Position numbers and translations under genes: made by a program
Notes under the pieces: generated by a model
What the model was told of the DNA's origin: nothing
What the model saw: only the letters and a program-made list of their open reading frames with translations
The model's database searches: none
Source: Chrysomallon squamiferum
Taxonomy: Eukaryota > Animalia > Mollusca
Reading direction: 5' to 3'
Assembly: GCA_012295275.1 (NCBI GenBank)
Contig: CM022665.1
Location: 744,001-808,000, forward strand
DNA: 64,000 bases
In this document: one piece after another, positions 1-12,932 of the stretch
Layout of the letters: each line of letters begins with the position of its first letter
Numbering within the stretch: position 1 is the first letter of the stretch

Positions 1-1021
1 TCATTACGAATATAGGTAAGTGTATAAACAATTTAATAACAGTTTCCTGTTTTACCATATCCAGATAACAGAAGAATAAGAAAAAAAAAAAACATTCTTT
101 TATATTTGTTACGAGACACAAAGAAAAGGTTACAAATACTGACCCGTTTATGTCGCCCACTTTTTGAATATTTTTCTAAATAATTGCTAGGAGGGCACAG
201 AGTAAGTGTGAAGAGAAATATAGTAAAAGTATGTCTTACAGTTTTATTAATTCAGCAGTCACATGTGGATGTAGCTGCTTAATGTCAGCACTGAATATCG
301 CCTTTGAATAGTTTATATTTATGACAAACTTCATTTACATCAATAATAATATACAAACTTTCAATACAGCTTTGTAGTTTAAAATTTAGGAGAACACACA
401 GTCAGACTACACTAGAATTAAGTTTAATTTATTTTACGACATTGCAACCAGAGATGTCATGATGACATACAGTAAACACACTGATAATTCTTACCTGCAT
501 GATTTACGACCAATATATTTATCCAAGTATGTAATAATTAACATATATAAATTGCTGTTACTTTACTTTCACGACTGAAAGTATGAGTTGATTTTTCTGT
601 TTTGATTTTACTTATTAAAATACGACTACGTATGAGTAGTTACAAAATAGGTTATGGACAAAGTTCTGAAAAACGCTTAGAAGTATATTATTCTTATAAA
701 ATTGTTTTCTCACCTTTTCTTTCAAACATTTAGTTATCTGTCACTAACAACACGAAGACTTTTAAAAACAGCAGTTTTAACAGTCTCTTATACGGTTGTA
801 TTCATTGTCTTCTCAACAAATGTTTATCAGTTTGTCAAAGTGAAAACTTGAAGTAAACAAAGAAAATCGACCAAAATATATTTGAGCATTCGTATTAGTT
901 TTAGTGATTTATATTACTGAAAAGTAGTAAATAAATTTTACTGGCATATAAAGGCATTGGTAATACTTGACAATACTAGAAATGTTTATCTTTACTTATG
1001 TGATTGAAACTACATCTCTAG

Positions 1022-1063
1022 GACTTCAATCTGCAGTGAAATTTCTCAAGGACAGCAAAGCAG
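1022..1063 (+). CDS. Predicted 42-nt phase 1-1 micro-exon of IAP-A (G-LQSAVKFL[K/E]DSKA), present in each array unit
   Basis: ctctag|GA CTT...AAA GCA G|gtgggc. Copies start at 2434, 3846, 5257, 6669, 8081, 9486, 10898. Homologous to the exon at 57413-57466. The donor is weak. Confidence 0.45.
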
Positions 1064-1355
1064 GTGGGCTTCAGATTCGTAATTATTTCCTAAATTTCTT
1101 TTACAGTTGTCAAGAATCAACGTAGTTTCTGGTAAACGGGAGTTACTTTGATATTTTAAGCTAAACCTTCAATTTTTACTTGCATCGGCATTCAAAGAGT
1201 ATTTAATTAATTACTAATACCAGTAATACATATTTTTAGTATTAGTCTTTGGTTTATACTTTCTGTGTTTGACTAACCGAAACTTCTACTTCAAACAAGC
1301 GACTAAAATATTTCCTCGAAAGCAAGATAACAGTGTATTTAATTATTTTGCACAG

Positions 1356-1400
1356 GATTAATTCATATGAAAGGACTCCGTTGTCTCCTTGAGGAATTAA
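1356..1400 (+). CDS. Predicted 45-nt phase 1-1 micro-exon of IAP-A (G-LIHMKGLRCLLEEL), present in each array unit
   Basis: attttgcacag|GA TTA...GAA TTA A|gtaacc. Copies start at 2768, 4180, 5591, 7003, 8415, 9820, 11231. Same length and frame as the homolog at 50325-50369. Confidence 0.55.
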
Positions 1401-1639
1401 GTAACCTTGTCAGTGACTTTCTCCGGTAAAGAAAGAAAGACAAGTCATATACATTTGTATTAATATATTTTATATTTTATCAAATTTAAGATATCAAACA
1501 GAACATTTGTGAAAAATACTTACAGCTATAAAATGTCAGTTGTATAATGTTACAGTGGTAAAGAGTCTTCCTGGACATAGGGTTACCCACAATCGACTGA
1601 TGTCAAGTATAAAATGTTTTTATCAATTTCGTATTACAG

Positions 1640-1738
1640 AACAAAAAGATCAACTGAGTGAAATGGCAGTATCAAACTATGTCATCAACCTGTACAACAC
1701 TGCAGCACCACTACAATTTACAGACTTCATTTTTTCAG
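1640..1738 (+). CDS. Predicted 99-nt phase 1-1 exon of IAP-A (QKDQLSEMAVSNYVINLYNTAAPLQFTDFIFS), present in each array unit
   Basis: tttcgtattacag|AA CAA...TTT TCA G|gtaaat. Copies at 3052-3150, 4464-4562, 5875-5973, 7287-7385, 8699-8797; variant copies at 10104-10202 and 11515-11613. The homolog at 50614-50739 is longer by an in-frame 27 nt. Confidence 0.7.
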
Positions 1739-4700
1739 GTAAATTTGTTAGTTTAAAGATTTCTCAGCTGTAATGAAAAACACAACATTTTGCTACGTAA
1801 GTCCTGATTCATAAACTGAATGATATCAGATCAAACTGATAGTTCAGTAAATTCAGCAGTAATTAACATTTTAGCAAGAACATAACTGCATAATTCGTGC
1901 TTTGGAACGATGTCTCACTTCAGAATTTTTAATTCTCTATTTGGTTTACAAGTGATCTCTGCTACTTTAAATGTTTCTTAACTATACACACATAATATTA
2001 AATTTATAGGAAATGTATATCTTACAGTTTTATTAATTCAGCAGTGAAATGTAGATGTAGCTGCTTAATGTAAGCATTGAATATCGCCTTTGAATTCGTG
2101 ATAGTTATGATAATCTTCATTTACATCAATAATAATATACGAACTTTCAATAAAGCTTTGTAGATAAAAATTTACAAGAATTCAAACAGCAGTTTTAAAA
2201 GTCTCATATACGGTTGCATTCATTGTCTTCTCAACAAATCAGTCTGTCAAAGTTAAAACGTGGAGTAAACAAAGAAAATCGACCAAAATATATTTGAGCA
2301 TTCGTATTAGTTTTAGTGATTTATATTACTGAAAAGTTATAAATAAATTTTACTGGCATATAAAGGCATTGGTAATACTTGACAATACTAGAAATGTTTA
2401 TCTTTACTTATGTGATTGAAACTACATCTCTAGGACTTCAATCTGCAGTGAAATTTCTCGAGGACAGCAAAGCAGGTGGGCTTCAGATTCGTAATTATTT
2501 CCTAAATTTCTTTTACAGTTGTCAAGAATCAACGTAGTTTCTGGTAAACGGGAGTTACTTTGATATTTTAAGCTAAACCTTCAATTTTTACTTGCATCGG
2601 CATTCAAAGAGTATTTAATTAATTACTAATACCAGTAATACATATTTTTAGTATTAGTCTTTGGTTTATACTTTCTGTGTTTGACTAACCGAAACTTCTA
2701 CTTCAAACAAGCGACTAAAATATTTCCTCGAAAGCAAGATAACAGTGTATTTAATTATTTTGCACAGGATTAATTCATATGAAAGGACTCCGTTGTCTCC
2801 TTGAGGAATTAAGTAACCTTGTCAGTGACTTTCTCCGGTAAAGAAAGAAAGACAAGTCATATACATTTGTATTAATATATTTTATATTTTATCAAATTTA
2901 AGATATCAAACAGAACATTTGTGAAAAATACTTACAGCTATAAAATGTCAGTTGTATAATGTTACAGTGGTAAAGAGTCTTCCTGGACATAGGGTTACCC
3001 ACAATCGACTGATGTCAAGTATAAAATGTTTTTATCAATTTCGTATTACAGAACAAAAAGATCAACTGAGTGAAATGGCAGTATCAAACTATGTCATCAA
3101 CCTGTACAACACTGCAGCACCACTACAATTTACAGACTTCATTTTTTCAGGTAAATTTGTTAGTTTAAAGATTTCTCAGCTGTAATGAAAAACACAACAT
3201 TTTGCTACGTAAGTCCTGATTCATAAACTGAATGATATCAGATCAAACTGATAGTTCAGTAAATTCAGCAGTAATTAACATTTTAGCAAGAACATAACTG
3301 CATAATTCGTGCTTTGGAACGATGTCTCACTTCAGAATTTTTAATTCTCTATTTGGTTTACAAGTGATCTCTGCTACTTTAAATGTTTCTTAACTATACA
3401 CACATAATATTAAATTTATAGGAAATGTATATCTTACAGTTTTATTAATTCAGCAGTGAAATGTAGATGTAGCTGCTTAATGTAAGCATTGAATATCGCC
3501 TTTGAATTCGTGATAGTTATGATAATCTTCATTTACATCAATAATAATATACGAACTTTCAATAAAGCTTTGTAGATAAAAATTTACAAGAATTCAAACA
3601 GCAGTTTTAAAAGTCTCATATACGGTTGCATTCATTGTCTTCTCAACAAATCAGTCTGTCAAAGTTAAAACGTGGAGTAAACAAAGAAAATCGACCAAAA
3701 TATATTTGAGCATTCGTATTAGTTTTAGTGATTTATATTACTGAAAAGTTATAAATAAATTTTACTGGCATATAAAGGCATTGGTAATACTTGACAATAC
3801 TAGAAATGTTTATCTTTACTTATGTGATTGAAACTACATCTCTAGGACTTCAATCTGCAGTGAAATTTCTCGAGGACAGCAAAGCAGGTGGGCTTCAGAT
3901 TCGTAATTATTTCCTAAATTTCTTTTACAGTTGTCAAGAATCAACGTAGTTTCTGGTAAACGGGAGTTACTTTGATATTTTAAGCTAAACCTTCAATTTT
4001 TACTTGCATCGGCATTCAAAGAGTATTTAATTAATTACTAATACCAGTAATACATATTTTTAGTATTAGTCTTTGGTTTATACTTTCTGTGTTTGACTAA
4101 CCGAAACTTCTACTTCAAACAAGCGACTAAAATATTTCCTCGAAAGCAAGATAACAGTGTATTTAATTATTTTGCACAGGATTAATTCATATGAAAGGAC
4201 TCCGTTGTCTCCTTGAGGAATTAAGTAACCTTGTCAGTGACTTTCTCCGGTAAAGAAAGAAAGACAAGTCATATACATTTGTATTAATATATTTTATATT
4301 TTATCAAATTTAAGATATCAAACAGAACATTTGTGAAAAATACTTACAGCTATAAAATGTCAGTTGTATAATGTTACAGTGGTAAAGAGTCTTCCTGGAC
4401 ATAGGGTTACCCACAATCGACTGATGTCAAGTATAAAATGTTTTTATCAATTTCGTATTACAGAACAAAAAGATCAACTGAGTGAAATGGCAGTATCAAA
4501 CTATGTCATCAACCTGTACAACACTGCAGCACCACTACAATTTACAGACTTCATTTTTTCAGGTAAATTTGTTAGTTTAAAGATTTCTCAGCTGTAATGA
4601 AAAACACAACATTTTGCTACGTAAGTCCTGATTCATAAACTGAATGATATCAGATCAAACTGATAGTTCAGTAAATTCAGCAGTAATTAACATTTTAGCA

Positions 4701-7700
4701 AGAACATAACTGCATAATTCGTGCTTTGGAACGATGTCTCACTTCAGAATTTTTAATTCTCTATTTGGTTTACAAGTGATCTCTGCTACTTTAAATGTTT
4801 CTTAACTATACACACATAATATTAAATTTATAGGAAATGTATATCTTACAGTTTTATTAATTCAGCAGTGAAATGTAGATGTAGCTGCTTAATGTAAGCA
4901 TTGAATATCGCCTTTGAATTCGTGATAGTTATGATAATCTTCATTTACATCAATAATAATATACGAACTTTCAATAAAGCTTTGTAGATAAAATTTACAA
5001 GAATTCAAACAGCAGTTTTAAAAGTCTCATATACGGTTGCATTCATTGTCTTCTCAACAAATCAGTCTGTCAAAGTTAAAACGTGGAGTAAACAAAGAAA
5101 ATCGACCAAAATATATTTGAGCATTCGTATTAGTTTTAGTGATTTATATTACTGAAAAGTTATAAATAAATTTTACTGGCATATAAAGGCATTGGTAATA
5201 CTTGACAATACTAGAAATGTTTATCTTTACTTATGTGATTGAAACTACATCTCTAGGACTTCAATCTGCAGTGAAATTTCTCGAGGACAGCAAAGCAGGT
5301 GGGCTTCAGATTCGTAATTATTTCCTAAATTTCTTTTACAGTTGTCAAGAATCAACGTAGTTTCTGGTAAACGGGAGTTACTTTGATATTTTAAGCTAAA
5401 CCTTCAATTTTTACTTGCATCGGCATTCAAAGAGTATTTAATTAATTACTAATACCAGTAATACATATTTTTAGTATTAGTCTTTGGTTTATACTTTCTG
5501 TGTTTGACTAACCGAAACTTCTACTTCAAACAAGCGACTAAAATATTTCCTCGAAAGCAAGATAACAGTGTATTTAATTATTTTGCACAGGATTAATTCA
5601 TATGAAAGGACTCCGTTGTCTCCTTGAGGAATTAAGTAACCTTGTCAGTGACTTTCTCCGGTAAAGAAAGAAAGACAAGTCATATAAATTTGTATTAATA
5701 TATTTTATATTTTATCAAATTTAAGATATCAAACAGAACATTTGTGGAAAATACTAACAGCTATAAAATGTCAGTTGTATAATGTTACAGTGGTAAAGAG
5801 TCTTCCTGGACACAGGGTTACCCACAATCGACTGATGTCAAGTATAAAATGTTTTTATCAATTTCGTATTACAGAACAAAAAGATCAACTGAGTGAAATG
5901 GCAGTATCAAACTATGTCATCAACCTGTACAACACTGCAGCACCACTACAATTTACAGACTTCATTTTTTCAGGTAAATTTGTTAGTTTAAAGATTTCTC
6001 AGCTGTAATGAAAATACACAACATTTTGTTCCGTAATTCCTGATTCATAAACTGAATGATATCAGATCAAACTGATAGTTCAGTAAATTCAGCAGTAATT
6101 AACATTTTAGCAAGAACATAACTGCATAATTCGTGCTTTGGAACGATGTCTCACTTCAGAATTTTAATTCTCTATTTGGTTTACAAGTGATCTCTGCTAC
6201 TTTAAATGTTTCTTAACTATACACACATAATATTAAATTTATAGGAAATGTATATCTTACAGTTTTATTAATTCAGCAGTGAAATGTAGATGTAGCTGCT
6301 TAATGTAAGCATTGAATATCGCCTTTGAATTCGTGATAGTTATGATAATCTTCATTTACATCAATAATAATATACGAACTTTCAATAAAGCTTTGTAGAT
6401 AAAAATTTACAAGAATTCAAACAGCAGTTTTAAAAGTCTCATATACGGTTGCATTCATTGTCTTCTCAACAAATCAGTCTGTCAAAGTTAAAACGTGGAG
6501 TAAACAAAGAAAATCGACCAAAATGTATTTGAGCATTCGTATTAGTTTTAGTGATTTATATTACTGAAAAGTTATAAATAAATTTTACTGGCATATAAAG
6601 GCATTGGTAATACTTGACAATACTAGAAATGTTTATCTTTACTTATGTGATTGAAACTACATCTCTAGGACTTCAATCTGCAGTGAAATTTCTCGAGGAC
6701 AGCAAAGCAGGTGGGCTTCAGATTCGTAATTATTTCCTAAATTTCTTTTACAGTTGTCAAGAATCAACGTAGTTTCTGGTAAACGGGAGTTACTTTGATA
6801 TTTTAAGCTAAACCTTCAATTTTTACTTGCATCGGCATTCAAAGAGTATTTAATTAATTACTAATACCAGTAATACATATTTTTAGTATTAGTCTTTGGT
6901 TTATACTTTCTGTGTTTGACTAACCGAAACTTCTACTTCAAACAAGCGACTAAAATATTTCCTCGAAAGCAAGATAACAGTGTATTTAATTATTTTGCAC
7001 AGGATTAATTCATATGAAAGGACTCCGTTGTCTCCTTGAGGAATTAAGTAACCTTGTCAGTGACTTTCTCCGGTAAAGAAAGAAAGACAAGTCATATACA
7101 TTTGTATTAATATATTTTATATTTTATCAAATTTAAGATATCAAACAGAACATTTGTGAAAAATACTTACAGCTATAAAATGTCAGTTGTATAATGTTAC
7201 AGTGGTAAAGAGTCTTCCTGGACATAGGGTTACCCACAATCGACTGATGTCAAGTATAAAATGTTTTTATCAATTTCGTATTACAGAACAAAAAGATCAA
7301 CTGAGTGAAATGGCAGTATCAAACTATGTCATCAACCTGTACAACACTGCAGCACCACTACAATTTACAGACTTCATTTTTTCAGGTAAATTTGTTAGTT
7401 TAAAGATTTCTCAGCTGTAATGAAAAACACAACATTTTGCTACGTAAGTCCTGATTCATAAACTGAATGATATCAGATCAAACTGATAGTTCAGTAAATT
7501 CAGCAGTAATTAACATTTTAGCAAGAACATAACTGCATAATTCGTGCTTTGGAACGATGTCTCACTTCAGAATTTTTAATTCTCTATTTGGTTTACAAGT
7601 GATCTCTGCTACTTTAAATGTTTCTTAACTATACACACATAATATTAAATTTATAGGAAATGTATATCTTACAGTTTTATTAATTCAGCAGTGAAATGTA

Positions 7701-10700
7701 GATGTAGCTGCTTAATGTAAGCATTGAATATCGCCTTTGAATTCGTGATAGTTATGATAATCTTCATTTACATCAATAATAATATACGAACTTTCAATAA
7801 AGCTTTGTAGATAAAAATTTACAAGAATTCAAACAGCAGTTTTAAAAGTCTCATATACGGTTGCATTCATTGTCTTCTCAACAAATCAGTCTGTCAAAGT
7901 TAAAACGTGGAGTAAACAAAGAAAATCGACCAAAATGTATTTGAGCATTCGTATTAGTTTTAGTGATTTATATTACTGAAAAGTTATAAATAAATTTTAC
8001 TGGCATATAAAGGCATTGGTAATACTTGACAATACTAGAAATGTTTATCTTTACTTATGTGATTGAAACTACATCTCTAGGACTTCAATCTGCAGTGAAA
8101 TTTCTCGAGGACAGCAAAGCAGGTGGGCTTCAGATTCGTAATTATTTCCTAAATTTCTTTTACAGTTGTCAAGAATCAACGTAGTTTCTGGTAAACGGGT
8201 GTTACTTTGATATTTTAAGCTAAACCTTCAATTTTTACTTGCATCGGCATTCAAAGAGTATTTAATTAATTACTAATACCAGTAATACATATTTTTAGTA
8301 TTAGTCTTTGGTTTATACTTTCTGTGTTTGACTAACCGAAACTTCTACTTCAAACAAGCGACTAAAATATTTCCTCGAAAGCAAGATAACAGTGTATTTA
8401 ATTATTTTGCACAGGATTAATTCATATGAAAGGACTCCGTTGTCTCCTTGAGGAATTAAGTAACCTTGTCAGTGACTTTCTCCGGTAAAGAAAGAAAGAC
8501 AAGTCATATAAATTTGTATTAATATATTTTATATTTTATCAAATTTAAGATATCAAACAGAACATTTGTGGAGAATACTAACAGCTATAAAATGTCAGTT
8601 GTATAATGTTACAGTGGTAAAGAGTCTTCCTGGACACAGGGTTACCCACAATCGACTGATGTCAAGTATAAAATGTTTTTATCAATTTCGTATTACAGAA
8701 CAAAAAGATCAACTGAGTGAAATGGCAGTATCAAACTATGTCATCAACCTGTACAACACTGCAGCACCACTACAATTTACAGACTTCATTTTTTCAGGTA
8801 AATTTGTTAGTTTAAAGATTTCTCAGCTGTAATGAAAATACACAACATTTTGTTCCGTAATTCCTGATTCATAAACTGAATGATATCAGATCAAACTGAT
8901 AGTTCAGTAAATTCAGCAGTAATTAACATTTTAGCAAGAACATAACTGCATAATTCGTGCTTTGGAACGATGTCTCACTTCAGAATTTTTAATTCTCTAT
9001 TTGGTTTACAAGTGATCTCTGCTACTTTAAATGTTTCTTAACTATACACACATAATATTAAATTTATAGGAAATGTATATCTTACAGTTTTATTAATTCA
9101 GCAGTGAAATGTAGATGTAGCTGCTTAATGTAAGCATTGAATATCGCCTTTGAATTCGTGATAGTTATGATAATCTTCATTTACATCAATAATAATATAC
9201 GAACTTTCAATAAAGCTAAAAATTTACAAGAATTCAAACAGCAGTTTTAAAAGTCTCATATACGGTTGCATTCATTGTCTTCTCAACAAATCAGTCTGTC
9301 AAAGTTAAAACGTGGAGTAAACAAAGAAAATCGACCAAAATGTATTTGAGCATTCGTATTAGTTTTAGTGATTTATATTACTGAAAAGTTATAAATAAAT
9401 TTTACTGGCATATAAAGGCATTGGTAATACTTGACAATACTAGAAATGTTTATCTTTACTTATGTGATTGAAACTACATCTCTAGGACTTCAATCTGCAG
9501 TGAAATTTCTCGAGGACAGCAAAGCAGGTGGGCTTCAGATTCGTAATTATTTCCTAAATTTCTTTTACAGTTGTCAAGAATCAACGTAGTTTCTGGTAAA
9601 CAGGTGTTACTTTGATATTTTAAGCTAAACCTTCAATTTTTACTTGCATCGGCATTCAAAGAGTATTTAATTAATTACTAATACCAGTAATACATATTTT
9701 TAGTATTAGTCTTTGGTTTATACTTTCTGTGTTTGACTAACCGAAACTTCTACTTCAAACAAGCGACTAAAATATTTCCTCGAAAGCAAGATAACAGTGT
9801 ATTTAATTATTTTGCACAGGATTAATTCATATGAAAGGACTCCGTTGTCTCCTTGAGGAATTAAGTAACCTTGTCAGTGACTTTCTCCGGTAAAGAAAGA
9901 AAGACAAGTCATATAAATTTGTATTAATATATTTTATATTTTATCAAATTTAAGATATCAAACAGAACATTTGTGGAGAATACTAACAGCTATAAAATGT
10001 CAGTTGTATAATGTTACAGTGGTAAAGAGTCTTCCTGGACACAGGGTTACCCACAATCGACTGATGTCAAGTATAAAATGGTTATACCAATTTCATAATA
10101 CAGTACAAAGAGATCAACTGAGTGAAATGGCAGTATCAAACAATGACATCAACCTGCACCCCACTGGAGCACCACTACAATTTACAGACTTCATTTTTTC
10201 AGGTAAATTTGTTAGTTTAAAGATTTCTCAGCTGTAATGAAAAACACAACATTTTGCTACGTAAGTCCTGATTCATAAACTGAATGATATCAGATCAAAC
10301 TGATAGTTCAGTAAATTCAGCAGTAATTAACATTTTAGCAAGAACATAACTGCATAATTCGTGCTTTGGAACGATGTCTCACTTCAGAATTTTTAATTCT
10401 CTATTTGGTTTACAAGTGATCTCTGCTACTTTAAATGTTTCTTAACTATACACACATAATATTAAATTTATAGGAAATGTATATCTTACAGTTTTATTAA
10501 TTCAGCAGTGAAATGTAGATGTAGCTGCTTAATGTAAGCATTGAATATCGCCTTTGAATTCGTGATAGTTATGATAATCTTCATTTACATCAATAATAAT
10601 ATACGAACTTTCAATAAAGCTTTGTAGATAAAAATTTACAAGAATTCAAACAGCAGTTTTAAAAGTCTCATATACGGTTGCATTCATTGTCTTCTCAACA

Positions 10701-12358
10701 AATCAGTCTGTCAAAGTTAAAACGTGGAGTAAACAAAGAAAATCGACCAAAATGTATTTGAGCATTCGTATTAGTTTTAGTGATTTATATTACTGAAAAG
10801 TTATAAATAAATTTTACTGGCATATAAAGGCATTGGTAATACTTGACAATACTAGAAATGTTTATCTTTACTTATGTGATTGAAACTACATCTCTAGGAC
10901 TTCAATCTGCAGTGAAATTTCTCGAGGACAGCAAAGCAGGTGGGCTTCAGATTCGTAATTATTTCCTAAATTTCTTTTACAGTTGTCAAGAATCAACGTA
11001 GTTTCTGGTAAACGGGTGTTACTTTGATATTTTAAGCTAAACCTTCAATTTTTACTTGCATCGGCATTCAAAGAGTATTTAATTAATTACTAATACCAGT
11101 AATACATATTTTAGTATTAGTCTTTGGTTTATACTTTCTGTGTTTGACTAACCGAAACTTCTACTTCAAACAAGCGACTAAAATATTTCCTCGAAAGCAA
11201 GATAACAGTGTATTTAATTATTTTGCACAGGATTAATTCATATGAAAGGACTCCGTTGTCTCCTTGAGGAATTAAGTAACCTTGTCAGTGACTTTCTCCG
11301 GTAAAGAAAGAAAGACAAGTCATATAAATTTGTATTAATATATTTTATATTTTATCAAATTTAAGATATCAAACAGAACATTTGTGGAGAATACTAACAG
11401 CTATAAAATGTCAGTTGTATAATGTTACAGTGGTAAAGAGTCTTCCTGGACACAGGGTTACCCACAATCGACTGATGTCAAGTATAAAATGGTTATACCA
11501 ATTTCATAATACAGTACAAAGAGATCAACTGAGTGAAATGGCAGTATCAAACAATGACATCAACCTGCACCCCACTGGAGCACCACTACAATTTACAGAC
11601 TTCATTTTTTCAGGTAAATTTGTTAGTTTAAAGATTTCTCAGCTGTAATGAAAAACACAACATTTTGCTACGTAAGTCCTAATTCATAAACTGAATGATA
11701 TCAGATCAAACTCTTAGTTCAGTAAATTCAGCAGGAATTAAGCTTTTAACAAGAACATAACTGTCTATTTCGTGCTTTGGAACGATGTCTCACTTGAGGA
11801 TTTTTAATTCTCTATTTGGTTTTCAAGTGATCTCTGCTACTTTAAATGTTTCTTAACTATTCACACATAATATTAAATTTAAAGAATGCTTAAATACAGG
11901 GTCTCAATTTCCATTTTAATGTTGCATTTGACTATGATAGCCAATCTCTGCTTCTAAAAGGAGTTCGGCCATAAAATATTCATATTTTGTAATCTTGCAT
12001 TAGGTCAAAGGACCCTACCACGTGTATCTTTTAATAAAGAAACAAACATCAACATCTATAACGTATTTAACTAGTGCACATGTATCAACGAATTTAGTAA
12101 CAGTGGAATGCTGTAAGTTTGATTATTCTGACCTGTCTCAAAATATGTCAAAAACAGTAATCTCAGAACTTCATTAATGTCCTGGTTTCGTTGTCAGAAC
12201 GTTTGTCTGTCTGTGACTGTGTGCATTTTTCTAATCTGAATAACTATCACATGAGAAAATAAGATGAAAACATAATAATTTTCTTATAATCGTAAACTGA
12301 TGTCAATTCTTAAATTTTAAATACATTTTTTTTTATTTAATTTTTTCTGAAATAACAG

Positions 12359-12445
12359 ACCTAGTGATGGAAGTGAAAGACTTGATCTCTGCAATACTGA
12401 TTATTTGTTATGCATTGTACAGATTTCTTATGACGATTAAACCAG
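12359..12445 (+). CDS. Predicted 87-nt phase 1-1 exon of IAP-A encoding a hydrophobic segment (D-LVMEVKDLISAILIICYALYRFLMTIKP)
   Basis: Long T-rich tract, then ctgaaataacag|AC CTA...AAA CCA G|gtatgt. Splices in frame to the acceptor at 12932 (G+TT=V, then MEKR). Confidence 0.75.
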
Positions 12446-12611
12446 GTATGTTTTATTATTATTATTATTATTATTATTATAATGTTTTAAATTTAACAAT
12501 ATTGAAAAGATCATAACAGATCACAGGAAGACGTTAAATGTTTTATTACTGGATTAAAGCTTGTTAGTTTAATTTCCTACTTTAGGTAGCACGCTATTTT
12601 TTATTTTGTTT

Positions 12612-12626
12612 TATTATTATTATTAC

Positions 12627-12686
<60 letters not shown>

Positions 12687-12742
12687 GTTTATTATTCTTA
12701 TTCTTCTTATTATTATTATTTTTATTATTATTATTATTATTA
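12612..12742. repeat. (TAT)n microsatellite, intronic
   Basis: Long imperfect TAT run; explains the poly-Tyr ORF. Confidence 0.95.
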
Positions 12743-12932
12743 TTTTGTTTATAAGAACCCAATTTTGATATTCCCACTTTACAGCAATATATTAGGGGAT
12801 TTACAATTTAGTATTTTACAATTAAATATTTATTTATTTATTTATTTATTTACTGTTAAAGTTTTGTTGAATGAACTGTGTTTAGCGAATTTGTTTTAAT
12901 TCGTAAGTACTGTTTCTGATATTTATCTGCAG

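Larger units (their letters stand above)
830..11880. repeat. Tandem array of ~1412-bp units (8 near-identical copies) in the 5' part of IAP-A
   Basis: The same ORF fragment ends at 1773, 3185, 4597, 6008, 7420, 8832, 10237 and 11648 (spacing 1405-1412). Units differ only by scattered SNPs and small indels. Boundaries approximate. Confidence 0.97.

Noticed and set aside
1540-1773. 77-88 aa ORF repeated in each array unit, as a stand-alone gene
   Set aside because: It has non-ATG starts, and the IAP-B homolog has a frameshift in the 5' part (near 50570). Only 1640-1738, bounded by splice sites, is conserved in frame. A longer exon from the AG at 1555 is possible but less supported.
1768-1802. 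Extra GTAAGT donor at 1797 in most array units
   Set aside because: It would need a ~29-nt intron or read through the TAA at 1771-1773, is not phase-symmetric, and is mutated in two copies.
12104-12112. Possible 9-nt phase 1-1 micro-exon (cag|TGGAATGCT|gtaagt)
   Set aside because: No polypyrimidine tract and not conserved at the homologous position near 55880; cannot be separated from chance without RNA data.
12606-12899. Poly-Tyr, poly-Ile/Asn, SL/ER, IYLS and CV ORFs here and at 24080-25097, 32121-32334, 33455-33661, 55172-55429
   Set aside because: Microsatellite translation artefacts (apart from the micro-exon 55173-55217).
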